Shown in pieces: positions 44,895 to 61,088 of a DNA stretch of 64,000 nucleotides. Both the position numbers and the translations under genes were made by a program. The DNA comes from Eledone cirrhosa (Eukaryota). The stretch lies in contig OZ024743.1 in NCBI GenBank assembly GCA_964016885.1, positions 120,838,001-120,902,000 on the forward strand. The letters run 5' to 3'. The notes under the pieces are model-generated. The model searched no databases, was not told where the DNA came from, and saw only the letters and a program-made list of their open reading frames with translations. Within the stretch, counting starts at the first letter, position 1. Every line of letters begins with the position of its first letter.

Positions 44895-45212
44895 ATAATT
44901 ATTTCTACTTTTGGCAAAAGGCCAGCAATTAAACCAGTGCATTACTGGTACTTTATTTCATCGACCCCGTAAGGATGAAAGGCAAAGTTAACCTCGGCGG
45001 GATTTGAACTCAGAGCATAAAGGGCCGTAACTCTTTACTGCAAAGCATGGCGTCCGACACTACCGATACTGCCAATCCTCCGCCGTTGAGAAATAATTGT
45101 TTCTACTTTTGGCACAAGGCCAGCAATTACCCAGTGCATTACTGGTACTTTATTTTATCGACCCCGTAAGGATGAAAGGCAAAGTAAACCTCGGCGGGAT
45201 TTGAACTCAGAG
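44895..45212 (-). mobile_element. Two SINE S1 copies
   Basis: Reverse complement of core, B-box and tail. Confidence 0.85.
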
Positions 45213-46748
45213 AAATAATGCTCTGTAGTCTGTTGTTAATCTTAGGCTAACAAATGTTAGATTTGATTAAGAGTGTAACGAACATATTCGTTCTGCATTT
45301 TGTCAGTGTGTTTCCTAGGAGATAGTGCATCTATGCAGAAATGTTTCTTGATAGCGATGTTTAACGGCTAGATCCTGCGACTGTTGGGCTGGGGTGTTCG
45401 CCAGAGCGTAATAGTTTCTGTCATATTGGAGTCATTTTCTTCTATACGTATTTCCGTAGGAGGCTCCTGAATGGGCCAGCTATACATCTAGCCTTTTTAT
45501 AATGATGGCCCAGTCACTATCCATGGTTATACATTCAATCAAATGTGATAACATTAGGAAATATGTGTTTAAAGTGTTTTTTTTATGGTGCCAGGAACCA
45601 TTAAGACTGCTTGTGGCGATTGCTTGGACCCAAGATGTCTTCCAACACAATTTCGAATTGTTTGTTATAGCTAGCCCCTACTTCTGCTTCACTGCAACTT
45701 TCCTGAATAAAAAAGAGACCGTTCTGTATATACTCGATCATAGAACTGATAAGGAGGGTTAATCAGTCGATGATAAACTGATATCTTCAGGCGTTTTCCC
45801 TGTACGTGACGGTGTTAATGTCGGAGTGGTAGGTAATAATCTGCTTCGAGTAGACGCGTTAGTCTCAAGATTAATATTATTAGAAGTGTTAAAAGTAGAT
45901 AGACATTTGAGAGAGTATGTAGTAAGGGAAACTTGTTGAGTGCTAGTTATGGACTGTCCACTCCTGTCGGTAGGAATGGCGGTAATATCTTTGGTAGTGT
46001 TATTGTGTTCTTTGGAGTAGATGCAGTAAAAGAACATGACCCCGCGAACTTACGTTGTAAAACATATCCAGCGCAACGAAGTTTACAGCAGGAGCACGAT
46101 CGGGTCATTACACATCCGTATATAGGAAGTTCTCACACGTACATCATATTTCTAGGAGCGCATTAAAATTGCAGAAACACATATTATAGTAGTCAAAACC
46201 ACCGAAAGTAATGTCTTGCGTAAAAAAAGAAATGATTTTATTTTAAAATGCCACAAGTGAGCCATTAGAATTAAATAAGGCCCAGCGGCTATAATAGACA
46301 GATAATTAGTCACTATCTCTCCCTCTATCATCTCTATTTCCTCTTATTTGATTCACTCAATTGACTTTACTTCTCTCCTTCTCTCTTCCCTTTCTGTCTT
46401 GTATTCTTATCTCCTTATATTAGCCATTTATCGCATCACTACACGTGAACTTTTTCTGTGAAATAGATGTTACCACTCTATGATGATAATGGTCAGTAGA
46501 CAAAAAGCCCAAATTTCTTTCGCGCCCCTTGACTTTTAATTCTTACTTATAAATCGAGATACCAATTAAATGAATATGCAATAATCACATCTTCGTCTTC
46601 TTTTAACAACTTTCAAACTAGACATTTAACTGATATATACTAAAACCAATTAATTGTATGATATTTCAAACTTTGTTAGTTATATTTATTTTTAACATTC
46701 GATCTGTACTGGTATAGCCTTCTATAATATATATACATACCCCCCCCC

Positions 46749-46779
<31 letters not shown>

Positions 46780-46784
<5 letters not shown>

Positions 46785-47090
46785 ATTGTTTCTACTTTTG
46801 GCACAAGGCCAGCAATTACCCAATACATTACTGGTACTTTATTTTATCGACCCCGTAAGGATGAAAGGCAAAGTTAATCTTGTTATATAGGCACAAGGAC
46901 AGCAATTTTTGGGGAGATGGAAGTCCATTAAACCGATCCCAGTGCGTGACTGGTACTTTATTTTATCGACCCCGTAAGGATGTAAGGCAGAGTTAACCTC
47001 AGCGGGATTTGAACGCAGATCATAAAGGGCCGTAACTCTATGCTGCAAAGTATGGCGTCCGACCCTCTACCGATACTGCCAAATCACCAA
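46780..47090 (-). mobile_element. Two SINE S1 copies (one partial)
   Basis: Reverse complement of core and tail. Confidence 0.85.
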
Positions 47091-47106
47091 TGATAATAAC
47101 AATAAT

Positions 47107-47445
47107 AGTCTTATAGATATTTCCGTACCAGCTGACAAGAATACATCTATAAAAACAATAGAAAAACAGTCAAAATACAAAGATCAGTAAGTAGAGATCA
47201 GGCGCATGTGGAGGATCACCACAAACATTATCCCTGTGGTGAAAGGAGCATTAGGATTAATACCCAAATCATCAGACCTGCACCATAGCATCCTTCCCTG
47301 CAAATATGAGCTACAGAAGATCAGGCTACTAGGAACAGCACACATTCTCAGACGAGTTCTCTCTACAATGAAAACATCTATTGCCCTAGGTTCAAGGCCT
47401 GAACATAGCAATAGAGAAACAGAACTGAGCTAAACGAAATAGCAC
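47107..47445 (+). mobile_element. R4/Dong-like RLE 3' fragment
   Basis: LIDISVPAD..EKQSKYKD..EIRRMWRITTNIIPVVKGALG..LQKIRLLGTAHILRRVL; ends in (TAA)n. Confidence 0.8.
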
Positions 47446-47869
47446 AATAATAATAATACGGGTTTAGATCGACATCCAGTAATTTCGATCTTATTGTTTG
47501 CAATTTGCTCAACAAATTCATTGGGAACACATGATTGGTTTTAATACATTCCCAGCCAGAAGCTTAAGCTGTGAAAACTGTGTAATTATTGTATAGACAG
47601 ATTAACATATGAAAACGTTAAAGTACTCACAATTTCATCAAATGGAACAGCCAATATCCTCCTAATTTACCACACAAAATTCTGCTGGTGTAAAAAATCC
47701 ACCGGAGTACAAAAATCCACGTCTAAGCTCATACAGTCCTGTTTCAACTTCCATGGAAATTTTGCTGATCATTGATTAATAATAGATATATAACCTATGA
47801 GGGATTTCCCAAAAAAGAAACAAAATATATACATACATATGAATTTAGTTTTCATGGATCCTTTTTGAA

Positions 47870-48300
47870 AGACGTAACATGAAATAATAATAATAAACAT
47901 TTCTAAAATTCCTAGTATATAAAAATAAGATTACAAAGAACAAACGAGAGATTATTAAAATCAATGAAATATCTCTGGATCGGAAAACTGGAGAGTTAAC
48001 AAAAAAGACAGATGGAAAATTGATACATTCGAAATGTGTTGCTTAAGAATATTATATATAAAATAATTCAATACCGTAACAAGTGAGACCTGACAGTAAT
48101 TTGGAAGTAGTCATTATGAAACAAATACTAAAATGTTTCGCTCACATTATGTATATGGATCATGTTATGTTAGGAAAAACTGATTGTTCAAAAGGTAAAA
48201 GGAAAACTACGCATAAAGTTGGGAGGTGGGATGAAGGACGTGAGTGAGATGCAATTTCTGAAAACATCGTGACCTCGGGAGAATCAGAAAACTAGATGTG
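47870..48300 (+). mobile_element. Decayed RTE-like LINE fragment
   Basis: GSENWRVNKKDRWKIDTFEMC resembles the RTE RT C-terminal region. Confidence 0.5.
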
Positions 48301-48713
48301 CAGTGGGATTTTCTGTTATAGGTTTTAATAGCTCTAAGAGGTGCAGATGTAAATGTTTCGAGAAAGGAACACCAATATATTATAACCAACGGTTTAGATT
48401 CACTCAATCGTGAATAGTCAGTCAACATTCTTAATTCCATTTCAAGAAAACACAGCTTTGAAAGTTGACACCTCAAAATGTAACGAATATGTATAGATGC
48501 CAATAATTTTAAAACAGATTGGTGACACTATTGCATAAGATCCCTAAGGACTCATATTGTTACAGCAGACAAGGGATAGGATTGACTGCACCGAACTCCC
48601 TTAATCATGACAAAATAAGTACAAAGGTGAAATTGACGGAATTTCTTTCCCTCACATCACATTGGTCTGATGGTTGAAACTTTTAAAAGAATAAAAAAAT
48701 ATTGAATACAAAT

Positions 48714-48776
<63 letters not shown>

Positions 48777-48864
48777 GGAAAAGAGTCAGACCCCACTCTA
48801 TTACCCTAAGTATTGAGTACTCTGCTGCGTTATGGTCCACATGGTATCTTACCACACCCTCTTT
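48777..48864. mobile_element. Family A tail only
   Basis: CCCACTCTATTACCCTAAGTATTGAGTACT..TTATGGTCCAC matches the family A tail; TA flanks. Confidence 0.65.
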
Positions 48865-48933
48865 GTATATATATACACACATATATATATGTATATATAT
48901 ATATAATATAATATATATATATATATATATATA

Positions 48934-49003
<70 letters not shown>

Positions 49004-49894
49004 TATATATATATATATATATGTATGTATATATTTATATGTATGTATATGTGTGTGTCTATACAAATTTATATATATATATATATGCATATAGATATAA
49101 ATACACGATCGCGCGCGCACACACACACACACACAGACACACAAACCATGAGTTTGGTGATTCGACGGTGAATATGCAACTAAAGTCTATATTAAAAAGT
49201 ATGGTATATATTAGGAATATTCTGAATAAAGACATGGTAGGTAACTGGGCAAAGCGACAAGATTTTATGAAAAAGATGTTCAGAAAAAAAGAAGTGAAAT
49301 TGAAAAGAAAGTAAAGAAATATATGATTAAAATATATGCGATAAAGCACATTTCCATTTAACGTGAAGTTAACTAAAATTTTTATTTTATCTTGTCTTTC
49401 GTGGTACTATTTTCATCGGGTAAATATCATTGAATCTTCCTCTCCCCCTCTCTCTGCCTCCCCCGCTCTCTCTCTCTCTTTCTCTCTCTCTCAGTCTCTA
49501 TCTATCTCTCACAAACTTTGTCTCCCGCCTCCCCTATGCATGTGCGTGTGTGTGTGTGTTTTAGTGCGTGTGTGTACCTGCGCGTCTTATGTACATATGT
49601 AATATGCATACATAGTATAAATATATATGTATATTTTTCTACACTATATTTTTTACACTGAGAGAAATTCCTTTTATCATATATCGACTGGAGGTAGCAC
49701 TGATTTCGCCATCTCCCGAGAGAATCAATGTGCTGAGCATTGCAACGAGCATTGATGCTCCCTGAAAAACTCCGTGTTCTTTGGCCCGGACGATATCACA
49801 CATTTTTCTACTCTTATCCATGCAACCGCCACAACTTGGATACAGCTATAACTGCTGCAACTCTGTAGCAACCATTTTATTTTGTTTCTCGTTG

Positions 49895-50895
49895 AAAATT
49901 TGATTTTTCTATCTCAGCTTATTCTGTTACTCAAATTCTTCTACATCCACAATGAAGCATTTTCTGTCAAGCCCAATACAATGCAGATCGGATATAGGGG
50001 ATCTAGCTACAAACTTGCAACATCAAACCTTAATTGGAAGTCTCTTACACTGTAATATTCATTCCTCAACGATTAAGTATTTCATACCTTACGCTCTTTC
50101 TGTCATACCCACATTCCTTGTAGTCTTCCAAAGACACAGTCAGCTCAACAGTCTCGGTATTTTTGTTAAGTCAAATCATGCAGTACAGTGACAGCTTTGT
50201 GTCGTTATATCTACACACATTCTCAATATGAGCGCTTTCCTGAAATCCACCTGTTTAACAATTAACACCATGCTGAAAACTGGTTACTGGCTCATGAGTT
50301 GTCCGTTCTCACATTCCATGTGGTATATAACGGGATGCAGAATTGTGTCAATGTTCTTTGTATAATCTGTGCTGCATATTTGTTTTAGTGCGTTAGCAAT
50401 GTCACTCAGTACATGATCATGTATAAAAGACGACTTACATCACTTACAGATGACAACCAGCGGCATCAATCCATCTACACCAACTTCTATTGACATGGGT
50501 GGGAAGTACATAATAAAGACAACCCAGAAAGTATTTCAAACTGTGTAGCTTACTTTATTTCCATTTCCTCCAAGCTATCCACGTGCATTGTCTTTTTAAA
50601 GCTAATTACTGCCATAGTTTTATGATGATTTCTTTGTTTAAGATTTCCCGCTTATTTGTGTAATTCTGGTGGAAATTTGATTTTTCGATCTCAGCTTATT
50701 CTGTTACTCAAATTCTTCTACATCCACAATGAAGCATTTTCTGTCAAGCCCAATTAAATGCAGATCTGATATAGGGGATCTAGCTACAAACCTGCAACAT
50801 CAAACCTTAATTGGAAGCTTCTTACACTGCAATATACATTCCTCAACGATTAAGTCTTTCATACCTTACGCTCTTTCTGTCATACCCACATTCCA
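49895..50895. repeat. About 220-bp direct repeat pair
   Basis: About 49895-50117 and 50672-50894 are nearly identical. Confidence 0.85.
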
Positions 50896-51169
50896 TAATA
50901 TAAACGGGAGTACAATGACAGTGCCCCTCTATACTCGAAGAGATCTATCTATTCGAAAGTAAGGTTTATTTCATTATATCCCACATAGTTATAAATATCC
51001 GAAGTTGAAAATGCAATTGGAATCTTTAAAAACGTTTATTATTCGTAAAAATCATGAGTTGCACGATGGCGTAGCCACACAATGTTTGGAAATCGTGAAA
51101 TTGTGAAACCGGTAAAGTTATATTATTGTGAATAAACCTTCTTAATGATTTCAATTGCATTTTCAAATT

Positions 51170-51232
<63 letters not shown>

Positions 51233-51772
51233 TGTGTGTGTGAATGTGTGTGTATGTATGTGTGTGTGTGTGCGTGTATGTATGCGTGTGTATGTATGTG
51301 TGTGTTGCGTGTGTACTATATGTATTATTCATATATATTTTAGAGCTTACATATCGGGTTGTATGATAGCATTACCGTTAAGCTATCATGTCATATTCGC
51401 TCCAGTGTAAGTAGTAAATGATTAATATGTATATTCTCTGTAAATGGATGTAACTACCACATCTCTTTTCTCATGAGAAGTGTTTGTAAATTCGAAATAT
51501 TGATATACAAGGTGATGATATGAACAATTGTTCTGGTTCTGTTTACTCCTATACCTACATACTTGTATTGTAGTGTTTTTCGTAAACACACCAAATCGAA
51601 ATGCTTCATATGACCTATAATATCCTGATATAAACACACATAACCACACACACATACATACACACTCACATACAAATACAATATATATATATATATGTAT
51701 ATATATGTATGTATGTATATATATAAATATACATATGTGCGTGTATGTTCGCGTCATTGAGTATGTGCGTCC

Positions 51773-51849
<77 letters not shown>

Positions 51850-51883
51850 CATACATACATATGTATGTATATTCACATATATG

Positions 51884-51968
<85 letters not shown>

Positions 51969-52033
51969 GTATATATATATTTATATATATATATATATAT
52001 ATATATAAATATATGCATATATATATATATATT

Positions 52034-52089
<56 letters not shown>

Positions 52090-52437
52090 CACACACATGC
52101 ACATATGTATATAATGACAGTGCTAAACACATATTTTGATATACGTTTGATGTGATTTTTCTGAGTTTAACTCTGTTCAATATTTATTATCTAGACTAAT
52201 GTCGCAGCTCTATATAACGTAACTTATAGTTAATTACTAATTAAGTACATTGTGTATTATGTTCTACATTAAATCGCTTGAAATGATTTGCATTCAAGTT
52301 ATTATATTATGTTCAATTTTAATAAGCACTCCTGTGTTAGTTTATTTTTTCACAATTGAGTCTTCTCGAGTTCTTATATACATAAAATTCTTCATGTACA
52401 TATATATATAAATATAAATATAAATATAAATATATCT

Positions 52438-52469
<32 letters not shown>

Positions 52470-52558
52470 TAAAGAGTTAAACAAAATTCAATGAGTATAT
52501 CAAAGAATATTATAACATTTTATTGATCAAAAGAACATCTATTTTATTAATATTTGTA

Positions 52559-52631
<73 letters not shown>

Positions 52632-52666
52632 ATATATGTATATATATGTACATATATACATATGTA

Positions 52667-52745
<79 letters not shown>

Positions 52746-52804
52746 ATATATATATATATGTATGTGTGTGTATATATATATATGTATATATATACACACA
52801 TACA

Positions 52805-52849
<45 letters not shown>

Positions 52850-52877
52850 AAATATGTATATATGTATATATGTACAG

Positions 52878-52932
<55 letters not shown>

Positions 52933-53480
52933 GGATTATATGTATACTGTATTACATACAATTAAATGAAACGTAAATTCCACTCATTTTATGTATTGAG
53001 TACCTTGCCTTAATTGTGAAATTAACTGTGGTCATTATGAATCACTTTGACCAGTGTTGCTACACTTTACATAACCTTCATTATCCGGTGGCGTTTTGAT
53101 GAATTAAAGAATTTGGAACTGTGTTTCTGCCTGTGATTTAGTGTCTTAGATAGTAAAATGTTCAGGTGCTGTGTTACGATATGTATATTAAATCCATGTA
53201 GATCTCAATATTTTCGACATAATTTTGAAGCTTTGGTTATTGCTATATTTACTCGTTACTTTGGTACTATGCAATGGCAGCTAGTTAGGGGATTTGTGTA
53301 ACTTCCAGTTGATGCAAGCCCCTCCAGAAGTTTTCCTATATATATATATATATATCTGTGTGTGTACACAGACACACACTGATACATACGCATACATACG
53401 CATATACCACATACACAATCTAAAACACACACACACGCACACATACATACACACACACACAAACACACACACGCACACAC

Positions 53481-53539
<59 letters not shown>

Positions 53540-53749
53540 TATATACATATATATACTTCCTATTGTTGCTTCCAAGGAGTAGATGTTTTGTGCCTTCACC
53601 CGCTTTCTTTACCTCGTCATTTTTACTGCGGTTATCTTTTTGGTGTGGTAGTGCTAGAAAGCTCGTATTTCTGCAGTTAACACTGACTATAATTTCAAAT
53701 CTTCCTAGCCGTGTGCAGCTTGGTTGCAGTATATTAGTGTTTGTGGGCT

Positions 53750-55800
53750 AATATCGGAAGGCTTGACATTTTCCACCATTAATTTGCATGTTTCTATTTT
53801 CACACTCTTGTATATTTCATTTATGTATTGCTGTAGAAATGTAGAATCTTAAATGCTTTTGACACCAGTGTAACTGGTGACAGTCGTCTTTTGTACAATT
53901 GATGCCATGTCTCAGAGAGCCACTATAACCAACTGTGGTCCCAACACTGTGGAACTCCGCTCACTAACTCAACTTTCACCAAAAGCACTCCGTTTTGTGT
54001 AAATGTTATACTTCTGTTTGAAGTAGTCTTACACCCCAATCATAATGCTATAGGAGCTATCCGACATTAGTTCTCGAATGAAATCCAAGCTAAGTGTTAT
54101 GTAGAAAGTAATTTTCATCCAGGTATTTGATCACGTTTTTTCTGATTATTCGTTCCATTGAGATCAGAAAGATAGGCGTGTAACCTTTAGCATCCACTAT
54201 TCTTCCCTTTTACTTGACAGGAAATATCGTATATATCTTTAAATATTTAGCGACATAACAGAAAGCATTGGAAGGGGGTCCGCAATGACTTTTCTGGTCA
54301 CATTTACATGCTTTTAGAAGAATCGCGGTGACCTCATCCGGCTACGAAGCTGAACAAATATAACACCTTATGGAGGGATTCGATGTTTGCTGAATGCCTA
54401 TGTAGTACTAATATGGTTTGTTTATCAGCATGTCTTCCACCAGGCAGACGAAAAACTTATGAATTACTTATACAATACTTGATTTATCAATTTGGGCTCC
54501 GCAATAAGCGACGTAATTTCTAGGAACAATGGCTCTATCAACGTAATGTTCTGCAACTCTATAGATCAATTTAGACTTCAGTGTATCTTCTATAACCCGA
54601 GTTCTATGTTCTTCTTTCTCCTATCCATAGGATTGAGTATATGTTCAATTCCTAGCACTACCTCTTTTAGATTGGATGTGTTACTGCCTTTTTATTGTTT
54701 AATGAAGCGATTTAAATTGTTTGTTTTTGTCTTATCAGATCGTGTTTCTATTTTGGGGAATTATATTTTGTATGTTGATATTTCTCTATACCAAGTGTAA
54801 TGGCTTCCATTATGTTCATGAATTGCACAAGCTTCATATCACTATCTTGTATAGAGAAACATTTATACCAGCTTTGTTTCAATATCTCTTTCGAAATCAC
54901 GTTCCAGTGATGTATAATGTCTTCATATAGTATCGAATGAATAGAAGTAAACGTACACACACGCACACCAGGTCATAACGCAGAGGAACCAAACTTTCAC
55001 TGTCATCGTCTCCGTCTCTCTCGCCCTCTCCCATCTCTCACTACTATAAGCAAATGGGGTCCCACGCGCTGACCGCCACATGGCCCCGGTAGCTTTGTTA
55101 ACGTTCAAACTTTGTAGAGTTGAAGTGCTTTCTGAAAGTATTATAATGCATTGTGTGCTTGTCTTCATTGCTGATTCGATGCAAGTGAGGATTGCTTACA
55201 CTATTAGATACAATATTAACAGGCTTGGAGTGAATAAATTGCCTCTTTCTCCAATTTCCCCTCGTCGAGAGATACCGCTTAGGTAGAAACTTTCTTACTA
55301 GTGGTGTTGTTTGTTTTATTATTTTGTGTTCACTTTTTAGTTTTCATCAATGTATCTTTCTTGGTTTGTACCTGTTTCGTGTGGCCCTTTTTGTCATCAG
55401 CAACAGCCTTATTTTCACTATGTTTAGCTGCTTTACCTCCACAGCTATCTTCAGTGGCGCCATTGGAGTCAATTGCGCTTGTGTGTTTTGTTTTGTCAGT
55501 TTTCGCACTCACAAAATCCACTTGCCTCTTTCTGGCCTCTGGTGAACCTATGTCACCTTCATTACTCTCTTATCTGTCTGCGGCCTTTTCATCGTTAATG
55601 ATGCTATCTAATAATTTTAGATGCCGCTTGGTAAAGGCATAATAATGAATGAATTCGTTATTTTTCCTGTCTATTCAAGCTATTGATCTGAAGAAATCAT
55701 TGCTATCTTCTTGCCCACCGCAATTAGGCTGCTTGGCATTAAAATGTTTGGTCATACTCCACTGCCATTAAGAGCGTACGTAAATCCTCAATTTGCAAGT
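53750..55800 (-). mobile_element. Highly decayed CR1/L2-type LINE
   Basis: Minus strand has a VSGVPQ..VLGP-like remnant at about 53938-53968 followed by a YADD-like remnant at about 53880-53900; limits uncertain. Confidence 0.45.
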
Positions 55801-56238
55801 TTCTTTGTATCTTGTAAGCGTTGTTTTTAATTATATAACCTTCAATTCAGTTCATTTTGTTGGAATCCATCTGTGTATTTATCGTGAAAATAGAAACATG
55901 TAGAGAGTGAAATAGGTGAATAAAGAGTCAAGTAGAGGGGGACGAGTAAAGAGAGATAGAGAAAGAGAAGTAAAGAGTAAAAAAGAAAGTAAAATGAAAC
56001 AGTGAAAAACACACATAGGAATGTAAAAAGAGAGAGAAGAGGGAAAGGAGGAGAAAGATTGTGAGAGAGCGACAGAGAAAGAACGGGGAGAAAATATATT
56101 TTATAATTTATTTATTTAAACAATCATTGTTTGAATGTGTGTTTATTATCTATATATACACTCATACATGCCTACATATATACAAGCATATATTCATATA
56201 TACATGTTTATGTATACTTACACACACACACACATATG

Positions 56239-56305
<67 letters not shown>

Positions 56306-56313
56306 ATACATAT

Positions 56314-56362
<49 letters not shown>

Positions 56363-57144
56363 CACACCCACACATAGGTTGTATGTTGTGTACGTATTGA
56401 AAATTCAATATGTTTCACAAAGCAGTATGCACTTGCTGAACATTTGCAATAATATTTTGTAAATATCTCTTCAACGAAGCTATGAATGTCAAATTTAACA
56501 CCAGTGCTTGGAAGTACCTTACATTGATTAGAATTTGACACTGGCTAAGGAACACTAGGAACGCCACTTGAGGAATGATCAGTTTAACAATAACAATGTT
56601 GAGTAGATAGATCTCACTATTCAGAAAAATCAATGAGATCAAGCTATCCTCATTTCCATTAATTTCCTTTTGTAAAGTTTCCGGTTCTTTCTGGCTTTCG
56701 ATTCACCTTTTGTTGCTTCAATAAGCTTCAAATAAAATTGATTTTATGTTGGCAATCTATTGTACACTAATCAAAATGAAATGTTATTACAACATCTACT
56801 ATTTTAAAATATGTAATTTATTGAAACATCACAAACCTGACTCATTCGAATCGTTTTATTTCATTCTAGTATTATCAAATCCTTTATAGCATGTAGTAAA
56901 ACTAATTTAGAGAAACATCTATAAAATTTAGCATGCATAATTCCATTTTGAAGGATTGAATTTATCAGCCTGGTATTGTTTATGCTTTGTAAGAATTCTA
57001 TGAGCTTATTACAAATCTTGGTAGTGACTGCTAGAAATATTCACTCACACATGAACCGTATATATGTATTTAAGTTCCTCTCTTTGTCTCGCTACACACA
57101 CACACAGATATCTATATTTGAATTAAAAGCATATGTGAATATGT

Positions 57145-57190
<46 letters not shown>

Positions 57191-58257
57191 GTGTATGTGT
57201 GGGTAAGTATGTGTATGGAAGACAACATATGCGTTCAAGTACATTTCCATTAATGATTTTGCATATTTTAGTTTGAAACAATAACATTTTTAGAGAGACC
57301 AGTGTAATGAAACATCTTTGCCAAATCTAGAAATTGTAATTTGTATGGTGTAATCGTACATTCGTAAATCATCACACCATCACACAGGAGATTTCTTTCT
57401 GTGAACGGATTTTTAATATTAATAAAATCTCCACACACACACACACACTTATAAATATGTATATATATCTGTGTGTGTGTGTGGTGTGTGTTCGTGTTTG
57501 TGTGTGCTTGAATGTGAATCCGTGTGTATATGTGAAGGTGTGAGTGTATATATAATAAATAAATAAATATATATATATATAGTAAATGAGAGAAGAATAA
57601 CGTGATCGGCTGTACAATAGGGTTTATTACCTTAAACGATATCTCGTTAACTTATATATATATATATTTATAATTTTATTCTTTTACTGACTCCAGTCAT
57701 ATTACCGCGACCATTTTGGGGTACCTCTTTCAAGGGACTTAATCGAGCATACAGAGAGCAGTACTTAATTTTACGATATCTATTTTCGAATTGCTATTAA
57801 ACCGCATACTCATAAACACGCACGCGCGCACACACACACACATACCCCCCCCCCCCCACGTCACTGATGAAAATCACTAGTGAAGTTAATACTAATATAT
57901 TTAATGTAGCACCATTCATCTCTTTAGAAGTATTTGAGCAACGAGGATATAAAATTACCCCAATAGCTATTAACGTCTGCTTGTGTACAGCATTATACAT
58001 ATACTTAGTAATTCCCTTTATTAGTAATTTGGTAAATACGCTGAAGTATATATTTCGCAGAGAAATTCTAATATGTACAAAATGTCCGACATTTTACCCG
58101 AATAGATAAGAATATCATTTTGATATTGTTCTATTTTCCTCACGACGAAACTTTACCAGTTTCACAACTTACATTCTTGACTTTCAAAAGTTAGAGAGAG
58201 ATGGAGAAATGTGTGGCTATGCCGATATATAGCTCGGATCTCTCATCTATCTATCTA

Positions 58258-58348
<91 letters not shown>

Positions 58349-58458
58349 GAGTTATAAACTCAAGAGCTATTATATATAGTTATAAACTCAATCTAGCTAA
58401 CTTGGTCATTTGCAATGCAAACACATGTATACTTGTATCAGTGTTTATCCCTATCATA

Positions 58459-58583
<125 letters not shown>

Positions 58584-59249
58584 GCATATATATATATATA
58601 TACAATATATATATGTATATATATGTAGAGAGAGAGAGAGAGAGGGGGATGTGTGTGTGTGAGAAAGAGAGATGGAGAGAGGGGGGAGAGAGATGTACGT
58701 ATACATGTATCCATTTTTAAAAACAGAAATACAAATTTTACAAGATATTTACAATACAATTTAGTGGCAAATTGCACTAAGCCTGTGGCATACGAGCATG
58801 TACGTATGTGATTCAATACTTCTCATAAACGCAGATATGCTTATTCATGCATGCGCTGGAAATAGCATCTATATAAGTGTATGCATGCATCTCTGTGTGA
58901 GAGTATGTGTTTAGATATACACGTTGATTTGTGTGGTTATTTTGTAAAATGACGGAGGCTATTTTACTAATGTCCGTGTGTATTCTATCATTATAGTATT
59001 CTCTCGGTTTTCTCAAAATTTTCGTTTGAAACCACTTAAATCTTTCTCACTACAGCAATCAAATTCTGTCTCTAGTTCGAGGTATAGTCCTATGTGCACA
59101 TCTGATGAATGCAGTGTGCGTGCACTACATATACCCCTCTATTGTAAACAAAATTTACTGTAAACAACGGGTAAAATTTGCCTTACATTCCATATTTCTA
59201 ACATATCGCGTGTTGGTGATTATCTACATAGCATGATACATTCATACAA

Positions 59250-59393
<144 letters not shown>

Positions 59394-59553
59394 GTATAAT
59401 CTAATGTGTAGATAAAAAACTGTAGGATAGATTTTTTAAATCAACATTTCTATTTTCGGTTACTATTTTTGTTATCTGTATTTGAATGTTTAATCAAATA
59501 AGGTTTATCATGGGATTCTAGGAATAGAATGGAAACATACACATTCGTATATA

Positions 59554-59613
<60 letters not shown>

Positions 59614-59728
59614 TCTCTCTCTCTCTCTCGTACACACACATATATATATATGTGTGTGTGTGTATTGTGTCCGCGCGTGTGTTTCTGTGAGTACATGTGT
59701 GTATGCGTATGTGTATGTGTGTCTATTC

Positions 59729-59775
<47 letters not shown>

Positions 59776-60146
59776 GCATATATGCATTATATAAATTACG
59801 TGTATATAGTATATTTATCAGACACACACTGACAGAACTCCACTTACAAGCAAACACAGATACAACGGAATACATAAAACCGCATTTCCTGACCGTCGCT
59901 CTCTCAGATTGAATAAATACATCACCTTTCACAGTACACAGCGTAACTCTGCCATAACTATCTACAGAGACCCACTGGATAGGAAGTATGCCACGTTCAT
60001 CGCATTGTGCGAATATTTCGTAGAACACAACCGCTATATAGTTATTAATCGTCTGTCGTATTACATCTCCGTATAAGCCATAGAACCCGCATTTTAATAT
60101 CCTTAGCTTCAATCGATAGGATGCACGCATATATATATATATATAT

Positions 60147-60340
60147 AAGTGGTTACACAACAGTTAGTTCACCATACCGAGAACAATTGTTTCACCTTAG
60201 CGGATCCTCAGCTCGTAATGGACATAAGTGAAACAATTGTTCTCGGTATGGTGAACTAACTGTTGTGTAACCACTTCTACCTAACTCGTCGCATGGACTG
60301 AGTGCTCTACCACTACGGATATTACCTTCCAGTGTTCTAC

Positions 60341-60343
<3 letters not shown>
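60147..60343. mobile_element. Fold-back mini-element family C with hammerhead
   Basis: Arms 60147-60195 / 60228-60277; tail 60278-60343; TA flanks. Confidence 0.8.
60178..60215 (-). ncRNA. Minimal (38-nt) type I hammerhead ribozyme motif
   Basis: Minus strand: CGAG-CTGAGGA-tCC gctaa GGt-GAAA-CAATTG-TT-CTCG; palindromic stem III ACAATTGT. Confidence 0.75.
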
Positions 60344-60381
<38 letters not shown>

Positions 60382-60427
60382 TATATACACTTATATATAT
60401 ATATATATATACATATATATATACACT

Positions 60428-60476
<49 letters not shown>

Positions 60477-60489
60477 ATAAGTGTATATA

Positions 60490-60539
<50 letters not shown>

Positions 60540-60546
60540 TATATAC

Positions 60547-60619
<73 letters not shown>

Positions 60620-61007
60620 AACATATGTGTGTGGGTGGATGTGTATGCATGTGTGTGTGCGTGTGTATGTGGCGAACCTAAGTTGGTTTGCCGGTGAAAT
60701 GCAAACCGATACCTAACAGTGCCTTCTGTTGAAATACCTGAAAAGTCCGATAACTCCATATCATTTCACTGATGATGTGTCCAAAATTATCCATCAGATA
60801 TATATATATATATATATATTAGTTTTTTCGTTGTTTTGGGATTGTATGGTTGGGTTTAGCCTGCCGCAGTTTTCAATTTGTCAAGCTATCTAAACGTAAT
60901 GTTATTACTCTGAGGACCTACCCTTATTGAGTGCTTTGCTACTCATTCCTAATTGTAGGTCGACTCTGCTTGGCAGCAGCCAAAGCTTCGATTTTACTAA
61001 GCATCCA

Positions 61008-61086
<79 letters not shown>

Positions 61087-61088
61087 AC

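Noticed and set aside
44480-46730. Another decayed inverted Penelope element
   Set aside because: Only weak arm similarity and faint GIY-YIG-like remnants; not supportable without alignment
51422-52969. Long YI/HT/CV-rich ORFs (here and throughout the window)
   Set aside because: Translations of (TA)n/(CA)n microsatellites, not genes
57854-57900. CTGATGA motifs at about 57855 and about 60769
   Set aside because: No matching GAAA/stem III/UH downstream
59870-60130. Possible host exon (part of the 145-aa minus-strand ORF)
   Set aside because: No recognisable motif or clear splice sites; the ORF ends lie in microsatellite
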